Source: Kiritimatiellia bacterium (GTDB taxonomy: Bacteria; Verrucomicrobiota; Kiritimatiellia; RFP12; UBA1067). Taken from it: DNA of 64,000 nt. The notes beneath the pieces were generated by a model. That model ran no database searches. It saw nothing but the letters and a program-made list of their open reading frames with translations, and was not told the DNA's origin. Shown piece by piece: positions 19,231-26,562 of the stretch; the first letter of the stretch is position 1; each line of letters opens with the position of its first letter. The position numbers and the translations under genes were made by a program. The DNA is taken from assembly GCA_045535455.1 (NCBI GenBank), contig JAZSLQ010000253.1, positions 906-64,905 of the forward strand, in the 5' to 3' direction.

Positions 19231-22180
19231 TGCCGTGACTTCCTTTCCCTTTGACGACGGTGCCTCTCCTGCGGTGAAGTGCAGCTTCAACGTCTTCCTG
19301 GAAGAGAGTCCCGCACTGGACGAGGTCGTTGGCGACGATCTTCAGCGCGGTCTTGTGCTTTGTGAGAAGAGAGGACACGATCTTCATCCGGTCTGCGAGG
19401 ATTGCGTTTACCTTGGGGCGTATGCGCTCCCAGTAACGGCCTCCTTCGGCGAAGTTTGGCGTCACGGCAAGTTCGTCGCCTTCGCAGAAGCCGCCGCAGA
19501 CGATCCTCCTCGCGTAGCCGGTCGCGGCCACGAAGTCGCTTTTGCTCCCCTCTGAGACCGTTCCGAGAATTCGTTCTGCGGCGTTCCCCGCAAGAGCGAC
19601 GTCAATCTTCTCCTTGAGTTTCTCCATGGATTTTCCGATGCAACCGTCGTCCAGGTGCTCGAGGAATCCGAGGGTGTCTGCAAAGCCGTTTATCGTTACC
19701 TGAAACCAGTTTTGCTTGCGGAGGGTGGCGACGAGCGCGTGGCCCGCCTCATGGGTTGCCACATGCAGCTTTTCCTCGTCCGTCAGCTGCGGGCGCTGCG
19801 TTTCCTCGCCTGCAAATTCCGTGTTCCTGGCCTGCGCGAACATGCGGCGCGTTGGCGTTTCGTCGCCCGCGATGTCGAACATCTCGCGCAGGACGCTCAG
19901 GATGTTTGCCGGCGCCCATCCGTCCGTGGCCAGCGCGATAAGGGTCTTTAGCTTTTCTGGCATAGTGCGCTTTGCCTTTCGGCAGAAGATGTCGATGAGC
20001 TTCAGGCGGTCGTCGGGGCTGCGCAGGACATCAACCTTGATTCGGGTATGGAGGCGTCCTGGGCGCGTCAGGGCGGGGTCGAGCATGTCGGGCCGATTGG
20101 TCGCGCCGATTACGAGTACGTTGCTGTCCTCAAACCCGTCCAGCAGAGTTAGAAGCGTGTTGATGACAGGGGCCTGCGAGGCATTTGAATGTTCCCGCGA
20201 GCCGATGGCGTCGCATTCATCTATGAAGATTATGGACTGCGTTCTTTCCGCCGTTGCGAAAAGGTTCTGTATCCACCTGACGGCACGGTTGTCGTTGCGG
20301 GATGTCGTGAACTTTGCCGCATTGACGCAGATGAAGCTGCGGTTGAGCGTGTGGGCGATTGCCTTGGCAAAGGCGGTCTTGCCTGTGCCTGGGGGGCCAT
20401 ACAGGAGAATGTGGTCGGGCTTGAAACCCTCGGCTTTGTTGTTGTGCGTGCTTGCCAGGAACTTCCGTACGCGCGCCCATGCGGCTTCCAGCCCTACGAG
20501 GTCTTCTGGCCGTGTGTTTGGCGGACAGACGCTGAACCAGCCGGCATCTTCAATGGCCGGCATGACAGTGTGCCTGAGGTTTGTGATGCGCAATGTAGTT
20601 GCGCCGTCGGCGAAGGTCACTTTGATGTCGTATTCGAGCTGCAGTGCTTGCCGAAGTCTGGCCCACGTGCGCTTCTCCAGCGTCGAGAGCGCGCCATTGG
20701 ATTTCAGCGCGGGCGGGATGTCGAGCTCGGGAAGGTCGTCAACGACAATGGAGATTCGCGCGCCGTCGAGGTCTTTTGGGTCTGACGTGTCCAGCAGTTC
20801 CCTTTCAAGGCGCGTGACGAGGGTGTCCTCTATCACCTGTGCAATGCCGTGCGCCGAATCAAGATTCTGGAGCGTCTCGATGAAGAAGGCGATGAGCTTC
20901 TCTCGGTCGGCCTCGATTTCCGCCTTGAACAGTGACTTCACTTGCGCGAGCGTATTGTCGATGGCGTCGCCGATGATTGCAGACATCGAACGGACGTCAT
21001 GGCGCTTGAAGAGGATGGGGACATCTGCCTTCTTGAGGATTTCGGCGAGGATGCCGGCCTTCTCGGGCGTTTCCGTCTCAAGCGCGGCGGTTATGCCCTC
21101 GACGAGCTTTTCCCGTGGAATCGTCCCGCCATTGCGCGAGCAGAGATGGGCGAACTTCCCAGATTCGATGTAGGTTGTTCCCTGATTGGTTGTCAGGATT
21201 ACGATGTTCCTTGCAAACGAGACCTCCTTTGCTGTAAATTCATCAACAAGCTTTCCCGTGGTTAGCATGTTCGCTATTGGCACGAGGGCTCCTGGATGGG
21301 CCTTGTCTATGTTTTCGAGGATGATGACGCCATGCGGGAACTTAGCGGCGAGCCTGGTGACTTGTCCTTCCTTCCCGCCGTCTTTCCAGCAGGGGTCGCG
21401 TCCGCATATCTCAGTTATGAGCTGTTCTACAGAGAAGCGGCTCATATCGACGATGTCTGGCTTTCCGCCGCCGAACGCATGCGCCCATGCGTCGCGGAAG
21501 GCCGTGGCCATCATGGACTTGCCCGTTCCCGAGCCGCCAATAAAGGCCGCAGAGATGGGGCGGAAGCCTCGTGCCGACGGCGGTTCGATCATCGCTGTCG
21601 CGACATGGGCAATAAGCGCCTCGATGGCCTTGTCCTGCCCGCGGCAAGTTTTGGAGAGATCGGTCTTTATCTGCTTGAGCGTCCTCATCCTGTCTGCGCG
21701 TTCCTTTGCGTAGGACTTCTGAAACTCCGTGTCGGCGAGTTCTTGTGCCCTGGCCATTACGGCGTCAACGTACGAAGCGTTGTCCGACACTATGGCATTT
21801 AGCTGGAGAAGTTCGAGTACGGGGCCGCGGGGTTTGATCAGCATTGCCGCCGCGAGGTGCGGGAGCCCCAGCTCGATTACGGGTCCGAGCGCGTCTGAGA
21901 CGTCGTCCATTCTCCCGCCGTGCAGCGAGAGGATGCGGTTGACTTGAGAAGAGAGAAAGATCTCGCCGTCTTGCTCTCTCGGTTCGAATAAAAGGCTCTC
22001 CGGGCGTATAAGCCGCTTGACGCCGAGTATCTCGCGAAAGATGTCCGCATCAGTGTCGAGAAATGCCGCAAGAAGGTGCTTGAGGCGGAGGACGTTGTCG
22101 TCAGTCCCCGCTGCATAGCGAGTCGCGAGAGCGAGGATTTTTGAGTAGGCCTCTGAATACAATGGTTGCATTTCGCACAT
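19223..22180 (-). CDS. Soluble chimeric AAA+ protease: Clp-N-like domain + ClpA/B D2-like AAA module + FtsH-type AAA module + M41-like zinc protease
   Basis: 985 aa with no TM segment. D2-like module: GQDKAIEALIAHV..., Walker A GGSGTGKS, atypical Walker B VIILENIDKAH. FtsH-like module: LLYGPPGTGKT, IIFIDECDAIG, SRH VIGATNRPDMLDPALTRPGRL. Protease: HEAGHALVA plus GSKSDFVAATGYARRIV. Strong SD AAAGGAG 7 nt before the ATG. Confidence 0.8.
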   Translation of the reverse strand: MCEMQPLYSEAYSKILALATRYAAGTDDNVLRLKHLLAAFLDTDADIFREILGVKRLIRPESLLFEPREQDGEIFLSSQVNRILSLHGGRMDDVSDALGPVIELGLPHLAAAMLIKPRGPVLELLQLNAIVSDNASYVDAVMARAQELADTEFQKSYAKERADRMRTLKQIKTDLSKTCRGQDKAIEALIAHVATAMIEPPSARGFRPISAAFIGGSGTGKSMMATAFRDAWAHAFGGGKPDIVDMSRFSVEQLITEICGRDPCWKDGGKEGQVTRLAAKFPHGVIILENIDKAHPGALVPIANMLTTGKLVDEFTAKEVSFARNIVILTTNQGTTYIESGKFAHLCSRNGGTIPREKLVEGITAALETETPEKAGILAEILKKADVPILFKRHDVRSMSAIIGDAIDNTLAQVKSLFKAEIEADREKLIAFFIETLQNLDSAHGIAQVIEDTLVTRLERELLDTSDPKDLDGARISIVVDDLPELDIPPALKSNGALSTLEKRTWARLRQALQLEYDIKVTFADGATTLRITNLRHTVMPAIEDAGWFSVCPPNTRPEDLVGLEAAWARVRKFLASTHNNKAEGFKPDHILLYGPPGTGKTAFAKAIAHTLNRSFICVNAAKFTTSRNDNRAVRWIQNLFATAERTQSIIFIDECDAIGSREHSNASQAPVINTLLTLLDGFEDSNVLVIGATNRPDMLDPALTRPGRLHTRIKVDVLRSPDDRLKLIDIFCRKAKRTMPEKLKTLIALATDGWAPANILSVLREMFDIAGDETPTRRMFAQARNTEFAGEETQRPQLTDEEKLHVATHEAGHALVATLRKQNWFQVTINGFADTLGFLEHLDDGCIGKSMEKLKEKIDVALAGNAAERILGTVSEGSKSDFVAATGYARRIVCGGFCEGDELAVTPNFAEGGRYWERIRPKVNAILADRMKIVSSLLTKHKTALKIVANDLVQCGTLFQEDVEAALHRRRGTVVKGKGSHGNE

Positions 22181-22388
22181 GATTTTTCTCCTTTCTGTCT
22201 TTTATTCTTTCTCGGGTGCTTTGTCGTCTATTGATTCTCTATTGCAGATTCCTTTTCGATGACGAGGCGCCAAAAGCGTCGGTTTCGCCTTGCGCAAGCT
22301 ACCTCGTCAGGGTCGGATGTTATTTTCAGCTTTATGTAGCGAGAGTCGGCTCGTGACATCGCATTGCTGACAAAGCCGTAGTCGAGGT

Positions 22389-22715
22389 TTAGTTTTTTGG
22401 AGATGGCTTGCGTAACGCGGGCGGCTGTCCAGAGATTTGTGCACCCAAGGTGTCCTTGCGGATCGAGGGAGATTCTCCATCGCTCGCCAGTAACTGATGA
22501 TTCTGGTGTGGTGCTGCCGCCAGTCGGTGGCTTGAAGACAAGTGTGAATTCGTCTTCATAAAGGTCGCGGCAAGTATCGCCCAGCCCGCCGTCAATGCGA
22601 TTGCGTGGCTCGTCGTCAGTGCGGGCGCTGCAGCATGGACTGTTGCCATTCCGACAAGGCAGCACATCCTGGCCAGCGCGATCATAGCAGCCATTAGCTT
22701 TGTGTTGGTGTTCAT
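22389..22715 (-). CDS. Hypothetical small membrane protein (possibly the 5' part of a frameshifted gene)
   Basis: Strong SD GAAAGGAG 5 nt before ATG 22715. MNTNTKLMAAMIALARMCCLVGMATV... is hydrophobic, but the C-terminal half looks non-protein-like. The overlapping frame 22228.. looks globular. Confidence 0.3.
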   Translation of the reverse strand: MNTNTKLMAAMIALARMCCLVGMATVHAAAPALTTSHAIALTAGWAILAATFMKTNSHLSSSHRLAAAPHQNHQLLASDGESPSIRKDTLGAQISGQPPALRKPSPKN

Positions 22716-22858
22716 AGACTCTCCTTTCTGTGCGTTTCGTGTTATATTTTCCCATGAGTTTTTCACAAAGGCAATACGGATAACCTCTACACGGTCTTGC
22801 ACGTTTTAAAGGACCAATTTTTTGCCGTGCGTGCATGGAAGTGCGAGTGCGAGACGCA

Positions 22859-22887
22859 TTGTTGTCGGGCTTGTTATATTGTATAAT
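22859..22887 (+). promoter_or_regulatory. Putative promoter TTGTTG-N17-TATAAT
   Basis: TTGTTG 22859-22864 and TATAAT 22882-22887, upstream of the mini-lipoprotein ORF. Confidence 0.3.
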
Positions 22888-22932
22888 AGCGGCGTTCAAG
22901 GAACCGAGGTGTCGAAATGAAAGGAGTGTATC

Positions 22933-23058
22933 ATGGTGCATGAAACTAGAATTGGCAGAGCGACAATAGTCCGAAACCTTGTTCTGGCGGTCGGCTTTGG
23001 CGGTATGGCTGTCGCAGGATGCGGATTCAACGCCGCGTGGGAGGAAAGACAATGTTAA
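22933..23058 (+). CDS. Mini-lipoprotein (41 aa; predicted mature lipopeptide of 12 aa)
   Basis: Absent from the ORF track (<60 aa). SD AAAGGAG at 22919-22925, ATG 22933. MVHETRIGRATIVRNLVLAVGFGGMAVAGC has a lipobox VAGC. Mature part is CGFNAAWEERQC. The stop overlaps the next ATG (ATGTTAA). Confidence 0.45.
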   Translation: MVHETRIGRATIVRNLVLAVGFGGMAVAGCGFNAAWEERQC

Positions 23059-24299
23059 AGGTTCGTATTGGCAGGATTTGTTCCTGTGTTATTCTGCTGT
23101 TGTGTGCCGCGTGTTCGCGAGAGCAGGAAGAAATCGATCAGGCACTATGCGCAGATCAGGAAGATGCGGTCGCGCAGGCATCGGGAAACTCCGATTCCGT
23201 TGACCAGCAAGATGGACAGGATTCTGAGGGACCAGACGACCTCTATAAAGACCCATACGCCAATCCGAATGACAAGGTTGGACAGCAAATCTCGGAAAGT
23301 TTCGAGCCGGATGTTCTGCATGAGGGTCGGTATTCTGTATACTCCTATGAGTTCAATGGGAAAGGCCCTGCTCATAAGATGTCAGAAGTCAGGAAATACG
23401 GGTTGGATCATGCTGGGAGTCGCGGATCTGATGTGTCCGTCAAAGTGCACATCGAATGGCCTGAGGAACGTTCTGGTCTGACAAAGGATGCGCTCGCCAA
23501 GGTGCGGAAAGCAATTCTTTGGATGAATTTCGTAGCCGTGCCAATGACATGCCCGTATGTCAGCCCGGAGGCACTTGGCGAAACTCAGGAGACGCTTGAA
23601 AAGCTCAACAAGGAATTATGGGCAAAAGAAGGTGAAGACAGGGATCTGGAAGGCTTCGGCCTACAGCCTGCCGACTGGGCAACATTGTGTTGCGGCGTGC
23701 TGTCGTATGAAGCGGGGCGGCTTCCGGCAATAGATGACGGACGCGTTACAACCAAGTCGCTTGAATTGGGACTTGCTGATATTAAGACGTATGCTCGGGC
23801 TTGCTACAAATGCGAGTTACCGGAAACCAAGAATGACAGTGGGTGGCATTGCTGCAGCCAATGGTCTTATGACGTAGATCAGCATATTGACATGCCGTTT
23901 GGTCTTACAGCCAAGGAGAATCCCAAGTGGTACGAGCGTCCGGTTCTCTGCGTCTGGGTCGATGGATACGACAACGACGGTGGGAATGGATGCCATTCAA
24001 AATACTGCTCAAAGGTGTACAGTCTGCCAGATGGCACAGAACTTAGGTTGAAGGACTATTTTGCGGCTGGAAAGTTGAAGAAGCTGTCGGCGTTTGTCAC
24101 GAAGCGGCTTTGCAAGGAACTGCTGGAAGAGGACGAAGCGAAGGAGATATCGAAACATCCTCTTGATCTTGATGAAGCGTACATGCTGGTATCCAAGGAT
24201 GGCGTAAAGTGGACTTGGGGTGCGTATTCGATTCTTCCGGGATGCTACGGTACGCCGTCGGTATTTATCAAGTGGGAAGAACTCGAATCCTTCAAATGA
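23052..24299 (+). CDS. Probable lipoprotein with DUF3298/RsiV-like C-terminal region
   Basis: Start moved to MLKVRIGRICSCVILLLCAAC (SD GGGAGG 7 nt upstream). The C-terminal pattern (...YMLVSKDGVKWTWGAYSILPGCYGTPSVFIKWEEL) resembles DUF3298. The assignment is tentative. Confidence 0.5.
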   Translation: MLKVRIGRICSCVILLLCAACSREQEEIDQALCADQEDAVAQASGNSDSVDQQDGQDSEGPDDLYKDPYANPNDKVGQQISESFEPDVLHEGRYSVYSYEFNGKGPAHKMSEVRKYGLDHAGSRGSDVSVKVHIEWPEERSGLTKDALAKVRKAILWMNFVAVPMTCPYVSPEALGETQETLEKLNKELWAKEGEDRDLEGFGLQPADWATLCCGVLSYEAGRLPAIDDGRVTTKSLELGLADIKTYARACYKCELPETKNDSGWHCCSQWSYDVDQHIDMPFGLTAKENPKWYERPVLCVWVDGYDNDGGNGCHSKYCSKVYSLPDGTELRLKDYFAAGKLKKLSAFVTKRLCKELLEEDEAKEISKHPLDLDEAYMLVSKDGVKWTWGAYSILPGCYGTPSVFIKWEELESFK

Positions 24300-24311
24300 G
24301 GGGGTAAACCT

Positions 24312-24761
24312 GTGGGCGATGTAATCGACAGACCAAGGCCAACCTGTCTTCTGAAGATCCATCAAAAGTATTGCGACAAGATACTGTCAGGAGAGAAGAC
24401 GTACGAATACCGCAAGCGCTGCCCGGAATGGATTGTGCCTGGAAGCGAAATGGTGTTGTGCAGTTCAGACGAGCCCGCCGTATTGCTGGCCGTGTTTGAA
24501 GTCGGCAAAATCATCACTGGTACGCCCGAAGAGGTATGGGAACAGACGTGCAAGGCAGATGGTGTGAAGCGCGACGCCTTTCTCTCGGGTTACTATGAGA
24601 GCGAGCCGCAGGCGGTAGCGTTTGAGGTTCTGAATCCTCGGCCTCTGTCTGTTGACAAAATGGTCGCATCGGTATTCGGGGAGGACTATGTTCCTCATTC
24701 GTTCAAGCGCCTGTCCGACGAGGAAATCGTCAAAGTACAGGAACTTGCGAAAGGAGGGTGA
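24312..24761 (+). CDS. ASCH (PUA-like) domain protein
   Basis: 149 aa, GTG start. LLKIHQKYCDKILSGEKTYEYRKR... is the typical ASCH N-terminal pattern. Confidence 0.6.
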   Translation: MGDVIDRPRPTCLLKIHQKYCDKILSGEKTYEYRKRCPEWIVPGSEMVLCSSDEPAVLLAVFEVGKIITGTPEEVWEQTCKADGVKRDAFLSGYYESEPQAVAFEVLNPRPLSVDKMVASVFGEDYVPHSFKRLSDEEIVKVQELAKGG

Positions 24762-24909
24762 CGCTATGAGTAAGACCTACGAGCGAATAAAAAGCGTGGC
24801 CGCACACTGCGGATCCAGGCCACATCTTATAGGCGCAATAGTCAGCGACGGAACTCTCCACACCCCTGATTCCGATTGATATGCCATGCGGCTTGCGGCA
24901 TTATATCCT

Positions 24910-24940
24910 TCTGCAGACAGGCAATAGTGCCTGTCGCAGA
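24910..24940 (+). promoter_or_regulatory. Bulged 13-bp hairpin abutting the recombinase SD
   Basis: TCTGC-A-GACAGGCA atag TGCCTGTC-GCAGA (24910-24940), followed at once by AAGGAAAG and ATG 24952. No U tract. Confidence 0.3.
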
Positions 24941-24951
24941 AAGGAAAGTTC

Positions 24952-26220
24952 ATGGCAAGAAGAAAAGGAAGTCTCCAGTTAGAGAAGAATGGGATATGGA
25001 CGGCACGGGTTCGCGTCGACGGCAGAATGGTCTGCCGCTCGACGGGGACGGCGCTGCGTTCCGAGGCGGAGGAGTCGCTCGCACGCCTCGTAATCATCGC
25101 GGAGTGCGGGCGCAGACGGACGCTCGAATGCTCTGCCCTCCTGAAGGCGTGGCCGCGCTACGAGGCGTCGGCGGTGGCAGCACGGCTTGCGCCCGCGTCC
25201 CGCAAGACGAAATACAGGGTGTGGCTTCATTTCTCAGTGTGGATGCACGAGACCCATCCGAATGTGCGCGAGCCGCAGGAAGTCACGCGCTCGATGGCCG
25301 AGGAGTACCTGACGTTTTTTCAGGGCGGTCATGCCCCCGTCACGTGCAATCTGCGCATCTGCTACCTCCGCGAGATGTTCCGCCTCATGCTCGGCGAGGA
25401 CGGCGCGGCGGAATCCAACCCCTGGGAGGGAGTTCGGCTCCGCGCAAGCGACGGCTATACGCGGCGAGAGCTTTCGCTGGACGAGGTGAGGCGGCTCATT
25501 TTCGTTTCCGAGGCCTGCGGACGCGAGTGGAGGATGCTCTTCTCGCTTGCCGTTTATACAGGCATGCGCCTTGGCGACTGCTGCTGCCTTACTTGGGAGG
25601 CAGTGAACCTCTCATCGTCGATAATCCAGATTGTCCCTCGCAAGACGCGCCGCTATCTTGCGGCACGCCCAGTCACCATACCGCTGCACCCGGAGCTCGC
25701 CGACATGCTTAGGAAGACGCCGCCAGAGTTGCGCAACGGCTTCGTCATGGATTCCATCGCCAAGGACTTCACTCAGCGCCGCTGGGTCGTGAGCCGCACG
25801 CTCGAGAGGATATTCGAAAAGGCGGGCATAGAGACGAGTGTTATGCTGGAAGGTCGCGAGCGGAGAACTCCGTCTGCGACGTTTCACTCACTTCGCCACA
25901 CCTTCGTCTCAATTGCCGTGAACGCCGGTGTTCCGCTCGCCACCGTCCAGTCAATCGTCGGTCATACATCGACTGCGATGACACGGCATTACTACCATCC
26001 AAGCGAAGTCGCCTTGCGGCAGGCGGTGAACGCAATCCCTCCAATCGGCTCTGGCGTCGCGAATTTGCCGCGCCCGCGACCGAGAGGAGCCCGCTTGGCA
26101 GCGCCCCCTGCGCCGACATTTTGCTCGCGGCTCAGGGAGCTCGAAAAGGCGAAGAGTCGAGGGCTCATAAGCGCGGACGAGTTCCTGTCGCTTCGGCAGA
26201 AAGTTCTCGCAGAGGCATAG
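24952..26220 (+). CDS. Tyrosine site-specific recombinase with SHOCT-like C-terminal tail
   Basis: 422 aa. Catalytic signature residues in YTGMRLGD (R), HSLRHTF (H-x-x-R), VGHTSTAMTRHYYH (H...Y). The C-terminal LRELEKAKSRGLISADEFLSLRQKVL resembles a SHOCT motif. Confidence 0.88.
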   Translation: MARRKGSLQLEKNGIWTARVRVDGRMVCRSTGTALRSEAEESLARLVIIAECGRRRTLECSALLKAWPRYEASAVAARLAPASRKTKYRVWLHFSVWMHETHPNVREPQEVTRSMAEEYLTFFQGGHAPVTCNLRICYLREMFRLMLGEDGAAESNPWEGVRLRASDGYTRRELSLDEVRRLIFVSEACGREWRMLFSLAVYTGMRLGDCCCLTWEAVNLSSSIIQIVPRKTRRYLAARPVTIPLHPELADMLRKTPPELRNGFVMDSIAKDFTQRRWVVSRTLERIFEKAGIETSVMLEGRERRTPSATFHSLRHTFVSIAVNAGVPLATVQSIVGHTSTAMTRHYYHPSEVALRQAVNAIPPIGSGVANLPRPRPRGARLAAPPAPTFCSRLRELEKAKSRGLISADEFLSLRQKVLAEA

Positions 26221-26262
26221 CCATTTGACGGCAGAAAGCGGATCTTTACTGCACGAGAAAAG

Positions 26263-26428
26263 ATATACCACTTAGTTAGCAAGTTCTTTCCTGCCAACAC
26301 CCCTGATTTTATGGGGTTTACTACACTTTTGCGCGCACGTGGAAAACGAAACGAGAGCGAAGATTTCGGCAAGATATGGGCAGTTTTAAATGTTTCTACT
26401 TGCCAGCGCCGCTAACTAAGTGGTATAT
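26263..26428. promoter_or_regulatory. Putative invertible promoter segment (inverton): 130 bp bounded by perfect 18-bp inverted repeats
   Basis: IR-L ATATACCACTTAGTTAGC at 26263-26280 and IR-R GCTAACTAAGTGGTATAT at 26411-26428 are exact reverse complements. The recombinase gene ends 43 bp upstream and the NusG-like gene starts 135 bp downstream. Confidence 0.6.
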
Positions 26429-26429
26429 T
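26400..26429 (+). promoter_or_regulatory. Promoter TTGCCA-N18-TATATT (TGG-extended), -35 inside the invertible segment and -10 inside IR-R; ON orientation toward the polysaccharide locus
   Basis: TTGCCA 26400-26405, TGG 26421-26423, TATATT 26424-26429. This is the same TTGNNN-N18-TGGTATAAT architecture as at 8934, 28155 and 1939. Confidence 0.5.
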
Positions 26430-26562
26430 ATACACTTGTAACCCACAATAGGTTATGTATGGAATCTACTCCTTACCGGCACCCACAGGATGGGCAGACG
26501 TGAATTACGGTGAGTATTTGACGGGCACGGAGTGCTTTCTTTAATCATTTTGGGCAAATGCA

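Noticed and set aside
19716-21713. Plus-strand ORFs (485 aa, 198 aa, 175 aa, etc.) overlapping the AAA+/M41 protease gene
   Set aside because: The minus-strand frame carries Walker A/B, SRH and HEAGH motifs. The plus-strand frames are serine/arginine-rich with no motifs.
24611-24618. GGCGGTAG (ops/JUMPstart core) as the recruitment site for the NusG paralog
   Set aside because: It lies inside the ASCH coding sequence, about 1.9 kb upstream of the NusG-like gene and upstream of the promoter. An 8-mer is expected by chance in 64 kb, and ops is an enterobacterial RfaH signal.
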